A stretch of DNA of 64,000 nt from an uncultured Chloroflexia bacterium (GCA_963748625.1 CAVVJT010000002.1:217642-281641), one strand, 5' to 3'; shown: positions 9,041 through 20,430, numbered from the stretch's first letter. The notes: a model not told the origin generated them from the sequence alone. Made by a program: numbers and translations.

Positions 9041-9529
9041 ATGGCATCGAATGAGGACCCGAGCAGGCCCGACGCCCTGTGGATCAACGCCTGGCGAGGG
9101 GTGCTGTTCGCGAGCGCCCGTGTCCTCCGGGTTGCCGAGCTCGACCTCATCGCCAGGGAGGGCTTCCCGCTGACCTGGTTCGACGTGCTGGCCCAGCTGT
9201 ACGACGCCGGCGACGACGGGCTGCGCATGCAGGAGCTCCAGCAGCAGTCGTTGTTCACGCGCAGCGGCATGACAAGGCTCGTCGACCGGATGGAGGAGGC
9301 GGGCCTCCTGCGCCGCGAGGCCGTCGCGGGCGACCGCCGGGGGGTCCGCGTGGTGCTGACAGCCGAGGGCCGTCGGCGCCACATGACCTCCTTTGCGGAC
9401 CACCTCACGCTGGTCGAGCGGGAGTTCGGCGGCCGACTCACCCTCGACCAGCAGCAGGCGGTCGCGGACGCCCTCGCCGTGTTCTGGAGAAGTGCCGCGA
9501 CGGGGACCGGATCCCCGGCCGACCAATGA
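9041..9529 (+). CDS. MarR family regulator
   Basis: 'LRMQEL..TRSGMTRLVDRMEEAGLLRR..DRRGVRVVLTAEG'. Confidence 0.92.
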   Translation: MASNEDPSRPDALWINAWRGVLFASARVLRVAELDLIAREGFPLTWFDVLAQLYDAGDDGLRMQELQQQSLFTRSGMTRLVDRMEEAGLLRREAVAGDRRGVRVVLTAEGRRRHMTSFADHLTLVEREFGGRLTLDQQQAVADALAVFWRSAATGTGSPADQ

Positions 9530-10368
9530 CCGGCAGGACGGTGCTCGTCACCGGGGCCAGCAGCGGCATCGGCCGGGCGACGGCCGTCGGGCTGGCAGCG
9601 ATGGGCGCGCACCTCGCCATCACCGGACGGGATCCCGAGCGCACCGAGGCGGCCGCCTCGGAGATCCGCGCGGCGGGCGGCGGCGAGGTTGACACGTTCG
9701 TTGCGGACCTCTCGTCCCTGGCGGAGGTGCGGCGCTTGGCCGACGAGGTGCTCGGGCGCCTTCCTCGGATCGATGTCCTGGTCAACAACGTCGGCGGCTA
9801 TTGGGATACCAGGCATGTCACGGCCGACGGGCTCGAGCGCACCTTCGCGCTCAACCACCTGGCCCCGTACCTGCTGACCCGCCTGCTGCTCGACCGGCTG
9901 CAGGAGAGCGCGCCGGCGCGCGTGGTCACCGTGTCGTCGGGGGCCCACACCATGGGCCGGATCGACTTCGACGACCTGGGCGGCGAGCGGTCCTACTCGG
10001 GCATGCGGGCATACAGCCAGTCCAAGCTCGCCAACCTCCTGTTCACCTACGAGCTGGCGCGTCGGCTGGGCCCGGGCGGCATCAGCGCGAATGCGCTGCA
10101 TCCGGGCATGGTGCGGACCGGCTTCGGCGCCGAGGACGCCGGCACTGTCCAGCGGCTGTTCACCCCGCTCATGCGGCCGTTCATGAAGACCCCGGCCCAG
10201 GGTGCCGCCACGTCGATCTTCCTGGCTGCGTCGCCCGACGTGGACGGTGTGACGGGCGGCTACTTCGCGGGCTGCAAGCCCAAGGCGTCATCGAAGCGCA
10301 GCCACGACGAGGCCGCGGCGGCGCGGCTCTGGCAGGTGAGTGCGGACCTGGTGGGCCTCCCGGCCTGA
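9526..10368 (+). CDS. Short-chain dehydrogenase/reductase (retinol dehydrogenase-like)
   Basis: TGASSGIG, NNVG and YSQSK motifs; ATGA overlap with marR. Confidence 0.93.
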   Translation: MTGRTVLVTGASSGIGRATAVGLAAMGAHLAITGRDPERTEAAASEIRAAGGGEVDTFVADLSSLAEVRRLADEVLGRLPRIDVLVNNVGGYWDTRHVTADGLERTFALNHLAPYLLTRLLLDRLQESAPARVVTVSSGAHTMGRIDFDDLGGERSYSGMRAYSQSKLANLLFTYELARRLGPGGISANALHPGMVRTGFGAEDAGTVQRLFTPLMRPFMKTPAQGAATSIFLAASPDVDGVTGGYFAGCKPKASSKRSHDEAAAARLWQVSADLVGLPA

Positions 10369-10550
10369 TCGCCCACCCGGCTTCCGGCGGCGGTGACGGC
10401 ACTCCCGCCGGTAACGCCCAGACGGGCTCGTGCGTCCACCTCACGGCCGGCCCGATGACAGGTCGAGTCGCCCGTGACACGACGACAACCGGCTGTCGTG
10501 ACCGACACCAGCGCGGAGCAGGATTGACCGCGTCGGCCAGGAGGTGCGCC

Positions 10551-12386
10551 GTGAGGGCCACAGGCTCTGGAGTCACCATCGCCCCAGTGGGGCCGCGGGC
10601 CGGGGTCGTCGGCCTGATCGTGGGATTCCTGCTCCTCGCCGGATGCAGCGGGCCGTCGGCCGGCCCATCCGAGGCCGCCGCACTGACGTGGGAGGCCCGC
10701 GAAGGCCCGGGCCTCGTCACCGATGTGGTCGATGCGGACGGGCGGCTGGTGGCCGTCGGCTCAGCAGAGACCACCGGCGCGGCGAGCACGCCGCAGGCAT
10801 GGACCTCGATGGACGGCCGGACGTGGGACGTGGCGGCCGTCGATGGCGACGGACGGATGGCCGGCGTTGCGCGGGCCGAGGGTGGTTCCCTGGTCGCCGT
10901 GGGCGAGCGGGCGACCGGCAGCGCGGTCCGCGCGGCGGCCTGGTTCTCGCCGGATGGCGCCTCGTGGACGGTCATCGATGACGACGGCGAGTTCGACGCT
11001 GGACCCGGCTGCGCCTCCACCAGCCTCGAGGACGTGGCTGCGGGCCCAGCCGGGTTTGTTGCGGTGGGTACGGAGTGGGGCGAAGGATCCTGCGGTCAGC
11101 ATGCGGCGGCATGGTGGTCGGCCGATGGCGTGAACTGGATGCGGGCGGCGGACCCGGGCGGGCACGCGATGCATGCCGTCGTCCAGACCAGGGACGGGTT
11201 TGCGGCCGCCGGAGCCGGCAAGGCTGACGCGAACGAGGGGGCCCGGGCGGCTGCCTGGTGGTCGGCCGACGGCCAGGCGTGGACGCAGGCCGACGCCATC
11301 GACGACGTGGACGGCTTCCGCGGCGCCGAGATCCAGGCGCTCGCGGTGGACACCCACGGTGTTGCTGCGGTCGGGTACTCGATCAACGCAGACACCGGGG
11401 CGCTTGCCCCGGCGGCCTGGCGCTCGGGGGACGGGCTGACCTGGACGCGGGCCGACGCGGAGGGCCTCGTGGGGTCATCGGCACAGGAGCCCGCCGAACC
11501 ATCCGGCAACGGGACCGGCGCCGTCAGGATGGCCTATGCCGACGGCCTTATCGCCACCGACGCGGGTCTCATCGCCACTGGAGTGGCCACCACGACGGAG
11601 GTTGGGGCGGGCGGCAGCGTGTCGGACCTCGAGCCCTGGCGCTACCAGCTCTGGACCGCCGCGACCGACGAGTCCTGGGCGCGCCTCCCTGACACCGCGG
11701 CGCCCATCGCCGGCGACGGGAACGTGTTCGTCGCGGGCCCGCGGGCGATCGTCTTCGGGAACAGCCTGTTCCTCTTCGGCGCGGTCCCTGACCAGCCTGC
11801 GACAGACCAGCCGCCATCCACGGGCCCGCCGTCCCTGACGTCGGCAGCCTGGGAGATCGACGCCCTCGCGCTGGGCCTGGGTCCGGACGTGATCATGAAC
11901 GCGTGGTGGAAGGACGCGGGCGGCAGCGGCGTGGGCACCGGCCCGGTCATCGATGCGGGCGGCCCGCTGAGCGCGCGCAACTGCCCCACCCTCGACGAGG
12001 TGCACGCCGCGGTGCCGGCGGTCATCAAGGGCCCGGACGCCAACCCCGAGCCGTTCAAGGGCCAGGTCCTGCTGTGCTCGTACACGATCGGGGAGCTGGA
12101 CAACGCTGGATACCCGGCGCTGGTGTCGATCGAGGTCTTCGACGCCTCCGTCGAGGGCGTCGAGGGCTGGGGCAGCGCCAACGAGGACCCGGCGAACCCG
12201 ACCGCGATCCCCGGACTTGGCGACAGCGCCACCGCGAAAGGCGGCCCGGGCCACGAGGTCCTGTGGGTCACGAGCGGGCCGTGGGCCCTGAAGCTGGGCA
12301 ACAGCCGCGATGACGGGATCCCGCTCGATCAGATGATCGCGTTGGCCCGGACGGCGCTCGCGAGCGTTGCGCTGCCGCCGAGGTAG
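10551..12386 (+). CDS. Lipoprotein with Asp-box (WxSxDGxxW) beta-propeller repeats
   Basis: AGGAGG RBS plus GTG; lipobox LLAGC; five W.S.DG..W repeats. Confidence 0.75.
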   Translation: MRATGSGVTIAPVGPRAGVVGLIVGFLLLAGCSGPSAGPSEAAALTWEAREGPGLVTDVVDADGRLVAVGSAETTGAASTPQAWTSMDGRTWDVAAVDGDGRMAGVARAEGGSLVAVGERATGSAVRAAAWFSPDGASWTVIDDDGEFDAGPGCASTSLEDVAAGPAGFVAVGTEWGEGSCGQHAAAWWSADGVNWMRAADPGGHAMHAVVQTRDGFAAAGAGKADANEGARAAAWWSADGQAWTQADAIDDVDGFRGAEIQALAVDTHGVAAVGYSINADTGALAPAAWRSGDGLTWTRADAEGLVGSSAQEPAEPSGNGTGAVRMAYADGLIATDAGLIATGVATTTEVGAGGSVSDLEPWRYQLWTAATDESWARLPDTAAPIAGDGNVFVAGPRAIVFGNSLFLFGAVPDQPATDQPPSTGPPSLTSAAWEIDALALGLGPDVIMNAWWKDAGGSGVGTGPVIDAGGPLSARNCPTLDEVHAAVPAVIKGPDANPEPFKGQVLLCSYTIGELDNAGYPALVSIEVFDASVEGVEGWGSANEDPANPTAIPGLGDSATAKGGPGHEVLWVTSGPWALKLGNSRDDGIPLDQMIALARTALASVALPPR

Positions 12387-12728
12387 CTACGTCCGGACGA
12401 TGTCGACGGAGACCTCGACCGCCGGGACTGCACCCCGGTTCTCGAGCCAGTGCGTCGTGGCCCGGTCCTCCGGCCAGCCCAGGCCGGGTCCGTAGTCGGT
12501 CGTGGTCCCATCGCGGTGGTCGGTGATGGTCCCCTCCAGGACGTAGACCAGGCCCGGTCGGCCGACATGGTCGTGGACCGGTCCGAAGGTGGCGCCTGGC
12601 TCCATGGTCACCAGGCGCATGCGGAGCTGCCGGCCCTCCAGGCCCTCGATCTCGCCGACGAGATCGACCGTCGCGAGCAGTTGCACCACGACGCCCCTCG
12701 TTCCGGGGGTCACGGGCTGATCGTCCAT
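12387..12728 (-). CDS. Cupin domain protein
   Basis: 'PGA..PVHDH..VYVLEG..HWLEN'; GAGGAG RBS. Confidence 0.88.
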   Translation of the reverse strand: MDDQPVTPGTRGVVVQLLATVDLVGEIEGLEGRQLRMRLVTMEPGATFGPVHDHVGRPGLVYVLEGTITDHRDGTTTDYGPGLGWPEDRATTHWLENRGAVPAVEVSVDIVRT

Positions 12729-13338
12729 CGGGCTCTCCTCGTGCATGCGGGTGGGATGGCGGCGCATGACCACGGCAGTGGCGGTCGTGCGGTCCGCATC
12801 GTCCAGTGGTCCGCATCGTCCTGCGGTATCCCGCCGGGCGCAAGGCCTGCTGGCGCCCTCGCGGGCCTGCCGGCGTCCTCCGGCGCCGCCTCGATCACGA
12901 GCGCGCTCAAGCATCCTGCCGCCGAGCGCGTGGCCTCAGCGGTCGAAGTTGCGCCGTACGGCCTTGAGGTCCGCTGACAGACTGTCCATGCGCGCCCAGC
13001 GTGCCAACCGTCGCGTGCCTCGCACTTTCCGCGCGCCCAGCGTGCACGGTTCGCCGGGCACCCGCCCGTTGGCGCGGTCGGCGCCTCCGTGGCCGATGCA
13101 TGCAAAGCGATCGATCCCGCTCGAATTGCCCCAGCGGTGCCTGCCGGGCACTGCGACGACGACCTTCCGGCCGTCGAGGCGCCCGATGGGGCTGTCCGCG
13201 TGCCGGAGAGGCAACGCGACGGCTGACGGGGGGCGAGGTATTGCTGCCCGCGCACGCGGTCGGCAACAACACCGCCTCTGTCCCAGGCTTGTCGACCCGC
13301 CTAGAATCAGGGTGTCACCAGTTGCGCCCGAGGCTCCC

Positions 13339-14310
13339 ATGTGGCGCCCGCCACGCCTCCTCCTGGCCGGTGGGATCCTGGCGCTCGCGGCCGTCTGCTC
13401 CTCCTCGACCACGATCGCCCTGACTCCGGCCAGGGTCATCTACCACGGTCCGCGGACGGCCAGGGTGGTCGCCCTCACGATCGATGACGGATACGGCATC
13501 GCCAACTGCCGCGCCGTCCTGCGCGTCCTGGAGGAGAACCGCGTCCCGGCGACCTTCTTTCCCAACGCCATGTACGTGCGCTGGAACCCCTCGTTCTGGC
13601 GCCGGATCGCGCGGCTGGGGTTCCCGATCGGCAACCACACGACGCATCACGACATCCCGTTCACCTCCGACACGTTCGCGCGGATGGTCTCGGAGCTCCG
13701 GACTGACCGCCGGATCGTCGAGCGGATCACCGGGCGCCCGATGATCCGTGTCGCCCGAACGCCCGGCGGCGCGATCTCGGACCGGACCCGGGCCGCGGCC
13801 GCCGCAGCCGGCTACCCGATCCTCCTCAACTGGGACGTCTCGTTCGCCGACTCGGCCCGGGGGCCCGGGGGCCGGTACCTCTCGGACACCTTCTACTACC
13901 GGAACGCCATCAAGGGGACCAGGGGGTCGGTAATCCTGGCGCACTGCGGCCCGGACGTCGAGCCGCGGATCCTCCTGCGCGTGATCCGCTACTACCGGTC
14001 CCACGGCTACCGGTTCGTGACGGTCAACCGGCTGCTGCGCATCCCGGGGCCTGAGCCGTTCGCGAAACCGACACCCACGCCCACACCCACACCAACGCCC
14101 ACGACCACGCCGACGCCGACACCCACGCCGACGCCGACACCCACGCCGACACCCACGACCACGCCGACGCCCACGACCACGCCGACACCAGGCCCGACGC
14201 TCACGCCGACGCCCGAACCCACCCAGGATCCGACGCCCGCACCTGCCGCGGACCCGACGGCCGCGCCGACACCCAACCCGGACCCGACACCCGCGCAGTC
14301 GAGCCGGTAG
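13339..14310 (+). CDS. NodB polysaccharide deacetylase with Pro/Thr-rich tail
   Basis: [23 protein letters not shown] motifs; signal peptide. Confidence 0.9.
   Translation: MWRPPRLLLAGGILALAAVCSSSTTIALTPARVIYHGPRTARVVALTIDDGYGIANCRAVLRVLEENRVPATFFPNAMYVRWNPSFWRRIARLGFPIGNHTTHHDIPFTSDTFARMVSELRTDRRIVERITGRPMIRVARTPGGAISDRTRAAAAAAGYPILLNWDVSFADSARGPGGRYLSDTFYYRNAIKGTRGSVILAHCGPDVEPRILLRVIRYYRSHGYRFVTVNRLLRIPGPEPFAKPTPTPTPTPTPTTTPTPTPTPTPTPTPTPTTTPTPTTTPTPGPTLTPTPEPTQDPTPAPAADPTAAPTPNPDPTPAQSSR
14068..14292 (+). repeat. Coding PT repeat
   Basis: (CCN ACN)n tract. Confidence 0.85.
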
Positions 14311-14411
14311 CGGGAGTCCCCCCGAATGGACGGGTCCGGCGGGCGAACGGCCGTCGCCGGAAGGCCACTCGGCACTTGGGAGGGCCCTTGGCGCTGGCGT
14401 GCTATTGGCAC

Positions 14412-15641
14412 ATGGAGTTCCTGCGCCGCCAGCAGCGCGACTGGGTGGTGACCGTCGTCCGGACCTCGCTGGACCGGCTCGCCTACCAGATGGTCTTCCC
14501 GTACCTCTCCATCTACATCATCGCGCTCGGGGCCACGGCGACGCAGCTGGGCCTCGTCAACAGCCTGGGGATGCTGGTCGCCGGCCTGGCCGGGCCCTAC
14601 ACCGGCTGGCTCATCGACCGGCATGGACCCCGTTCCTTCTACCTGGCCGGGATCGCCCTGCTGGCCGTCGCGTACCTGACGTACGCGCTCGCGCAGAGCT
14701 GGGGCATCACGATCCTGGCGATGGTGGCCTACTGGCTCGGCTTCTCGATCAGCAGCCACAGCTGCGCGACCATCTGCGGCAACTGCCTGGCGAACCCGGA
14801 CCGGGCGACCGGCATGACGATCTGCGAGACGGTCGCGGCGGGGCTGCTCGGCATCGTCGGACCCATCCTCGGCACCGTGATCGTCGTGTCGTCAGGGGGC
14901 GTCGACGTCGACGCGATCCGCCCGCTCTTCGTGCTGGCCTTCGCCATCACCGTTGGCACGTTCGTGTTCATCCTCACGCAGCTCTCGGGGCAGCGCTGGG
15001 GCGCGCGCGGGTCCGGTCGAGCGGTGTTCCGCGATCTCGGCGAGGTCCTGCGCGAGGGCCGCTATCTCAAGCGCTGGCTCGTGATCGCCGCCATCGGTCA
15101 GCTGCCGGTCGGCATGGTGTTCGCGTTCTCGTCGGTCTACGCCTACGAGGTCAAGGGAGCCGACGCCGTCGTGCTGGGCGGCATGGCAGCCGCCGCGGCG
15201 GTGGGTTCCATCGCCCTGGCCATCCCGCTTGGCAGGATCGCGGACCGCGTGGGGCGCAAGCGGGTCCTGTACGTGACGATCCCGCTCTTCTCGCTCTCCT
15301 GCATCGTGCTCATCTGGGCACCGGGGCCCGTCGCCCTGCTGCTCGCCGGGGCGCTCCAGTCGTTCTACTACATCGGCGGCCCGATCGGCGCGGCGATGGA
15401 ACGTGAGCTCGTGCCCGCCGCCCGCATGGGCCGGTGGATCGGGATCGCCCGGGTCGTGAAGATGTTCACCAGCGCGACGCTCGTGCTCGTCGCGGGCGCC
15501 ATCTGGGACCGGCTCGGGCCGGAGTACGTGTTCCTCGCATTCGTCGCGATCGACCTCGGCATCCGGCTCCCGCTGCTCGTGACGATGCCTGAGACACTGG
15601 GCATCCGGTTCGCGCCTCGGCCGGTTCCGGCCGCCGACTGA
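14412..15641 (+). CDS. MFS transporter
   Basis: About 12 TM helices; motif A 'GWLIDRHG' and 'GRIADRVGRK'. Confidence 0.92.
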   Translation: MEFLRRQQRDWVVTVVRTSLDRLAYQMVFPYLSIYIIALGATATQLGLVNSLGMLVAGLAGPYTGWLIDRHGPRSFYLAGIALLAVAYLTYALAQSWGITILAMVAYWLGFSISSHSCATICGNCLANPDRATGMTICETVAAGLLGIVGPILGTVIVVSSGGVDVDAIRPLFVLAFAITVGTFVFILTQLSGQRWGARGSGRAVFRDLGEVLREGRYLKRWLVIAAIGQLPVGMVFAFSSVYAYEVKGADAVVLGGMAAAAAVGSIALAIPLGRIADRVGRKRVLYVTIPLFSLSCIVLIWAPGPVALLLAGALQSFYYIGGPIGAAMERELVPAARMGRWIGIARVVKMFTSATLVLVAGAIWDRLGPEYVFLAFVAIDLGIRLPLLVTMPETLGIRFAPRPVPAAD

Positions 15642-15842
15642 ACGGTCGTACCGAACGGCCGTGATTGAACAACGTGCCATCTCCTTCTGGCGGCTGCGAA
15701 GCATCCTGGGGTGCCACCCGACGGGCGGGCGGGACTGTCGCCATGAGGGCCATGTGGCCCTCAGCCTGCAGATGGCTGCTCGCTAGAGTCTCGGCGGACG
15801 GCTGTGCAGCCCGTCCCATTGCCCGACCTCCTGGGGGGAACC

Positions 15843-17570
15843 ATGACCCGGCGGCTTTCGACGATCGTTGCGCTCCTCGCGGCCCTCCTGCTGCTTCCCA
15901 TCCCGACGATCGCGCCAGCCGCTGCAGTCACCCCCGCAGCGGTGCCCACCACCACACGGCTGCTCAGCGCGACGCCGTCCGGCGAGGTCGGATCGATTGC
16001 GTCGTACTCGGCCAGCGTGGATCCCCCGGATGTCGCGGGCGTGCTCAGCTTCGAGGCATCAACGGACGATGGAGCCTCCTGGGTGTCCATTGCAGGGGGC
16101 ACGCTGGCGCCCGACGGCCTGTGGCACGGGTCGAACATGCTGCCGCCGGAGATCGGCACTCGGCGAGTGCGGGCCCACTTCCTGCCAGCCTCCCCTGACG
16201 TCCTCGAATCATGGTCGGACCCGGTCGCCCAGGTGATCAGTGGCAAGCCGTCAGCGATCACCGCGTTTGTCATCTGGGACGGCAACGAGTGCCAGCGTGC
16301 CTTCGTGCCGGGGACCACCCCGTTGATCCTGACGGCGACGACGACGGCCCCGAACTGGGACGGGAGCACGGATACCAACATCATCTTCGAGACGGCCAAC
16401 GGGGCCGGCTGGGACCTGCTCGGCCAAGGGACCTCGCTTGGGGGGGATTGGCTATCGGGCTGGTCGAGCCGCCTGACGATCCCATCGCTGCCAGAAGGGG
16501 TCCATACCCTGCGCGCCAGGTATCCGGGCACCACGGCATTCGCGCCGTCATCCGCCACCATCCAGGTCACCGTGGCCAGGAGGGCGTCTGTCGTGTCGAT
16601 TGGCGCTGGGTCGCTCGAGGTGCAGGCCCACCACCCGCTCATCCTCTACCCGAATGTTGTTGGAGTGTCCTGCACCCCGCCCACCGGGACCTTGACGCTG
16701 CGGGAAGGGGCGACCGTCCTTGGCGTGGTTGCGGCACCCGGCGGAGAGGTCACCATCGCGTCGCTCAGCCTTGGACCCCACGTCTTGACGGCCGACTACG
16801 AGGGTGATCTCAACAACTTCCCCGGGACGAGCGATCCGTTCACCGTCATCGTCGTTTCGGACGTCGTTGACGCCACCGTCGGAGCCTTGACCTACGCAAA
16901 GTTCTATCCGTACAAGGACGGCTACCGGGACTCGGTGACGGCGCGTGGGACGCGGGCCGAGCGTGTCGCCGTCGCCTTCGCCGTACGGGACTCCACCGGG
17001 AAGGTCGTGCGGACCGGCTCCATTGCCAGCGGCACGGGGGCGTACGCGTGGGCCTGGAACGGCCGCCGGGCCTCCGGGACTCGGGTTGCTGCGGGTACCT
17101 ACACGATCTGGACGACGTTGAAGGACGCGGCCGGCACCACGAAGTCTGTGAGGCAGTCGGTCGCGGTCTCCGCCAAGCGTCTCTACTGGTACACGACGGA
17201 CCTCTACAAGACGTCAACGCAGACCCAGAAATCGACGTCCAACTGGGGGGCGTGGCAGTTCGCCATGCCATCGGGTGTTGCGTACAAGAACCTGCGCCTG
17301 TACGTCTACGGGCACAGCAACATCACGTTCGACCCCTCCGGATTCGGATCGCATGATCGGCGCACGTGCCCGTTCTCGACGATCGACGCAGGGTGCACGC
17401 GCACGACCTACCGGCTCGGCTTCATTGACGGCTGGTCATCGGGAGCCGTCAACGCCACCTACGGGCGCAGCGGGCGGTACGTTCGTGCGTATGTCTGGGC
17501 GGGCGGCGACGGCGGCAAGGTCTGGGTCAGGCGGCTCCGCCTGCACGTGGCCTATGCGCTGCTGAAGTAG
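15843..17570 (+). CDS. Secreted protein with bacterial Ig-like repeats and a FlgD-like Ig domain
   Basis: Signal peptide; 'LPEGVHTLRARYPG', 'LGPHVLTADYEGD', 'WAWNG....VAAGTY'. Confidence 0.8.
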   Translation: MTRRLSTIVALLAALLLLPIPTIAPAAAVTPAAVPTTTRLLSATPSGEVGSIASYSASVDPPDVAGVLSFEASTDDGASWVSIAGGTLAPDGLWHGSNMLPPEIGTRRVRAHFLPASPDVLESWSDPVAQVISGKPSAITAFVIWDGNECQRAFVPGTTPLILTATTTAPNWDGSTDTNIIFETANGAGWDLLGQGTSLGGDWLSGWSSRLTIPSLPEGVHTLRARYPGTTAFAPSSATIQVTVARRASVVSIGAGSLEVQAHHPLILYPNVVGVSCTPPTGTLTLREGATVLGVVAAPGGEVTIASLSLGPHVLTADYEGDLNNFPGTSDPFTVIVVSDVVDATVGALTYAKFYPYKDGYRDSVTARGTRAERVAVAFAVRDSTGKVVRTGSIASGTGAYAWAWNGRRASGTRVAAGTYTIWTTLKDAAGTTKSVRQSVAVSAKRLYWYTTDLYKTSTQTQKSTSNWGAWQFAMPSGVAYKNLRLYVYGHSNITFDPSGFGSHDRRTCPFSTIDAGCTRTTYRLGFIDGWSSGAVNATYGRSGRYVRAYVWAGGDGGKVWVRRLRLHVAYALLK

Positions 17571-17827
17571 GCGCGGACGGCCCCCCCCGCGAGACGAGAT
17601 CGGCGTCCGCTTCTCGCGAGAACCCGGCATCGCCCAACGGCTGCACCGGTCTCGCCTCGCGCGTGACGACCGTACGGGCTGGGCGGTCGCAGGTGTTCGG
17701 TGGCGACCCTGAATCCCGCCCTGATGTTGTTGCTGAACGAGCCCACGGTCCGCGCGGATTCCGGGTATCAATCGATCCCAGCCCTGCGACGTGGCGTGCA
17801 TGATGCGCGAAGGGGCGCACGCCGCCC

Positions 17828-19822
17828 GTGGCCGATGAGGGGGTGCTGGTGCAGACGTTCGGGGAGGCAACCAGGCGCTGGCCGGACCCGCGCATGGCAT
17901 TCGCTCGTTCGGTGGACCGGCCGGGAACGCGTCGGTTCGCGCTGGCCACGACGATCGTCGCCGCGTGGGTGGGGGCCCTCGTCGTGGCGATGGTCCTGTG
18001 GTCGCCGGCGTATCCGGTCGACCCCGCCGACACGACGCTGCGCCTGATCCACCCGTTCGCACAGCCGTCGCTGGCCGCCTCGCTCGGGATCGTGGGTGCG
18101 TGGTTCCTGCGGAGCAGGTCACCGGCGAGCGGCTGGATCCTGCTGCTCCTCTCGCTGCAACTGCTCGCGGGACCTTTCATCGCGCTCTGGGGTAAGCCAG
18201 CGACCTCGTTCCTGATCGCGGGGCTGCCGGCGGCGATGGCGACCGTGGCAGCGCTGTACGCCTCCGACCCGGTCCGCCAGCTCGGGCGTTGGGTCACGCC
18301 GCTGGCGGCGTTCCTCGTCGCGTGGTTCTGGCTGGGCGTGGCCCTCGAGCTCACGCAGCTCCCAGCCGGGCAAGACGTGCTCGACTCGCTGCCGTGGTGG
18401 TGGGATCTCGCGCGGATCCCCGGGGAGGGCTGGATCCCGGGTCTCCTGATCCTGCTCGGGCTGGCTGGCGACGGGCGCCGCATGGCGCCGCGCCTTCAGG
18501 CGTGGGTGCGGCCGAGCGGGTCTGCCCGGCAGTTCACCCGGACGCAGCGGCGCTGGTTCACCGCAGGCGTGACCATCGCCGTGGGACTTGTGGGCGCCGC
18601 AACCGTCGCGATGGCCGCCTACGCGATCGCCGGGGGCAAGGCCCACGGGGACTGGGTTCCGGTCCTGCTCGCAGCCGCCTTCGCCATCGTCGGCGCCGCG
18701 GTCCTCAGGAACCGGCTTCGGTCCATGGCGTGGTTGCTGCTGTGGGGGGCGGGGTACATCGCGATGGTCCTCATCGGCGCATTCGCCTTCGGCCCGGATC
18801 CCGACTGGGCCTCGGCGGACGTGGCGGTGATGAGCAACGTGGACTCCATCGCCTACGGCGCAGTCCTGCTGATCGGGACGCTGTACGCGTCGGAGCCGGG
18901 GCGGCGCCTGGGCAGATGGGTCCTGTGGGCCGGGATCGTGGTGACGGTCTGGGCAGTCGTCGGTCACGCCGCCTGGATCGCCTGGTACCTGGCGTCGCTC
19001 CCGGGCCCCGTGGCCCAGCCGTGGTGGGTCGACGGCCTTCATGCACCCGTCGCTGGTGACCTCGCACTGCCGCTGCTTCTTGCCGGACCGCTGCTCGGTC
19101 TCGCGGGTGACCTGCGGCCATCGTTGAGCCGGGCGAGGAACCGGATCGCGCGCGAGAACGTGTCGCCCGTCGGCTGGCCTGGGATCTTCATCGACGAGGT
19201 CATCCCGGGTCGCGAGACCGGTCGCCGCTCCGCCGCGGAGGCGGAGCGCGTCCGCCTGGCCGGGGACCTCCACGCGCAGATCCTCCCGTCCCTGAACCTC
19301 GTCCTCGCCGAGAGCGCCGCTGGCGCCAGCCCAGAGGTGCTCGCGGACCGCCTCCGGGACCTCGAGCGGGACATGCGCGGGATCGTCGCCGAGCGGCGCC
19401 TCGTCATCCTCGAGGAGTTCGGGATCGTCCAGGCGCTCGAGTGGCTGGCCGAGCGTGCCGAGGACCGGGCTCCCGTGGTCGTCGAGCTGACGGTCCAGCC
19501 TGGGGCGGGGGAGCAGCGGCCGCCCCGCGAGGTCGAACGTGCCGCCTTCCGGGTGGCGCAGCTCGCGCTGGACAACGCCCTGCTCCACGCCGAACCGCAA
19601 CGGGTCACGATCGGCGTGCTCGCGGACGCCTCCCATCTGCAGCTGCGCGTCGAGGACGACGGCCAAGGACTCGCACCCGAGGCACCGGAGCGGGCCGCCC
19701 GGGCGAACCACCAGGGCATGGCCGACATGCGGCTCCAGGCCGATCTCGTGCGCGCGCGGCTCGACGTGACCTCGGCCCGGCCGGGCGGGACCGTCGTGCT
19801 GTTCGACTGGGCCGGCTCGTGA
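17828..19822 (+). CDS. Multi-TM sensor histidine kinase (HisKA_3 type); start uncertain
   Basis: 'ERVRLAGDLHA' H-box, 'LDNALLHA', 'VEDDGQG', 'GGT.V'. Confidence 0.88.
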   Translation: MADEGVLVQTFGEATRRWPDPRMAFARSVDRPGTRRFALATTIVAAWVGALVVAMVLWSPAYPVDPADTTLRLIHPFAQPSLAASLGIVGAWFLRSRSPASGWILLLLSLQLLAGPFIALWGKPATSFLIAGLPAAMATVAALYASDPVRQLGRWVTPLAAFLVAWFWLGVALELTQLPAGQDVLDSLPWWWDLARIPGEGWIPGLLILLGLAGDGRRMAPRLQAWVRPSGSARQFTRTQRRWFTAGVTIAVGLVGAATVAMAAYAIAGGKAHGDWVPVLLAAAFAIVGAAVLRNRLRSMAWLLLWGAGYIAMVLIGAFAFGPDPDWASADVAVMSNVDSIAYGAVLLIGTLYASEPGRRLGRWVLWAGIVVTVWAVVGHAAWIAWYLASLPGPVAQPWWVDGLHAPVAGDLALPLLLAGPLLGLAGDLRPSLSRARNRIARENVSPVGWPGIFIDEVIPGRETGRRSAAEAERVRLAGDLHAQILPSLNLVLAESAAGASPEVLADRLRDLERDMRGIVAERRLVILEEFGIVQALEWLAERAEDRAPVVVELTVQPGAGEQRPPREVERAAFRVAQLALDNALLHAEPQRVTIGVLADASHLQLRVEDDGQGLAPEAPERAARANHQGMADMRLQADLVRARLDVTSARPGGTVVLFDWAGS

Positions 19823-20430
19823 TCCGGGTCTTCCTCGTCGACGACCACCCGGGCATGCTCGACGCCGTAGCCCGGGCGATCGAGGCCGAACCCGACCTCG
19901 TCGTGGTCGGCCAGGCACGCGATCGGGCGGAGGCGGAACGTCAGATCGCTGCGACGCTCCCCGACGTGGTGGTGTGCGACGTGCAGATGGGCGGGGACGC
20001 CGACGGGCTGCGGATCCTGGAGCACTTCGCGGGCGGCAGCGGTCCCGTGTTCCTCATGCTCTCCGCCTTCGACTACCCCAGCCTCTTCCGGGCGGCCTTC
20101 GAGCGCGGCGCCGCGGGCTATGTCCTGAAGACCTCGGAGATGCACGACGTCGTCGCGGCGGTCCGCGTCGTCGCCGGCGGGGGAACGGCCTTCAGTGCCG
20201 CCTCCATGCGCATCATCCGCCAGGCGCTTCGCCGACCCTCGGAGCGCGAGATCGAGGTCCTCGAGCTCGTCGCGGCGGGCGCGTCGAACGAGGACATCGC
20301 CGAGCGCCTGTTCCTGTCGCTCAAAACCATCGAGAGCCACCTGCGCCGGATGTTCGACCGCTACGGCGTGATGAACCGCACTGAGCTTGCGGTCCTCGCG
20401 CTCAAGGAGGGCTGGGTCTCGGCGAGCTGA
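19819..20430 (+). CDS. NarL/LuxR response regulator
   Basis: 'LVDDH..DVQM..GYVLK'; HTH 'SEREIEVL..NEDIAERLFLS.KTIE.H'. Confidence 0.93.
   Translation: MIRVFLVDDHPGMLDAVARAIEAEPDLVVVGQARDRAEAERQIAATLPDVVVCDVQMGGDADGLRILEHFAGGSGPVFLMLSAFDYPSLFRAAFERGAAGYVLKTSEMHDVVAAVRVVAGGGTAFSAASMRIIRQALRRPSEREIEVLELVAAGASNEDIAERLFLSLKTIESHLRRMFDRYGVMNRTELAVLALKEGWVSAS

Noticed and set aside
12730-13330. Possible ncRNA or gene, with GCGCGCCCAGCGTGC repeated twice
   Set aside because: No recognisable fold or protein motif; too weak in GC-rich DNA.
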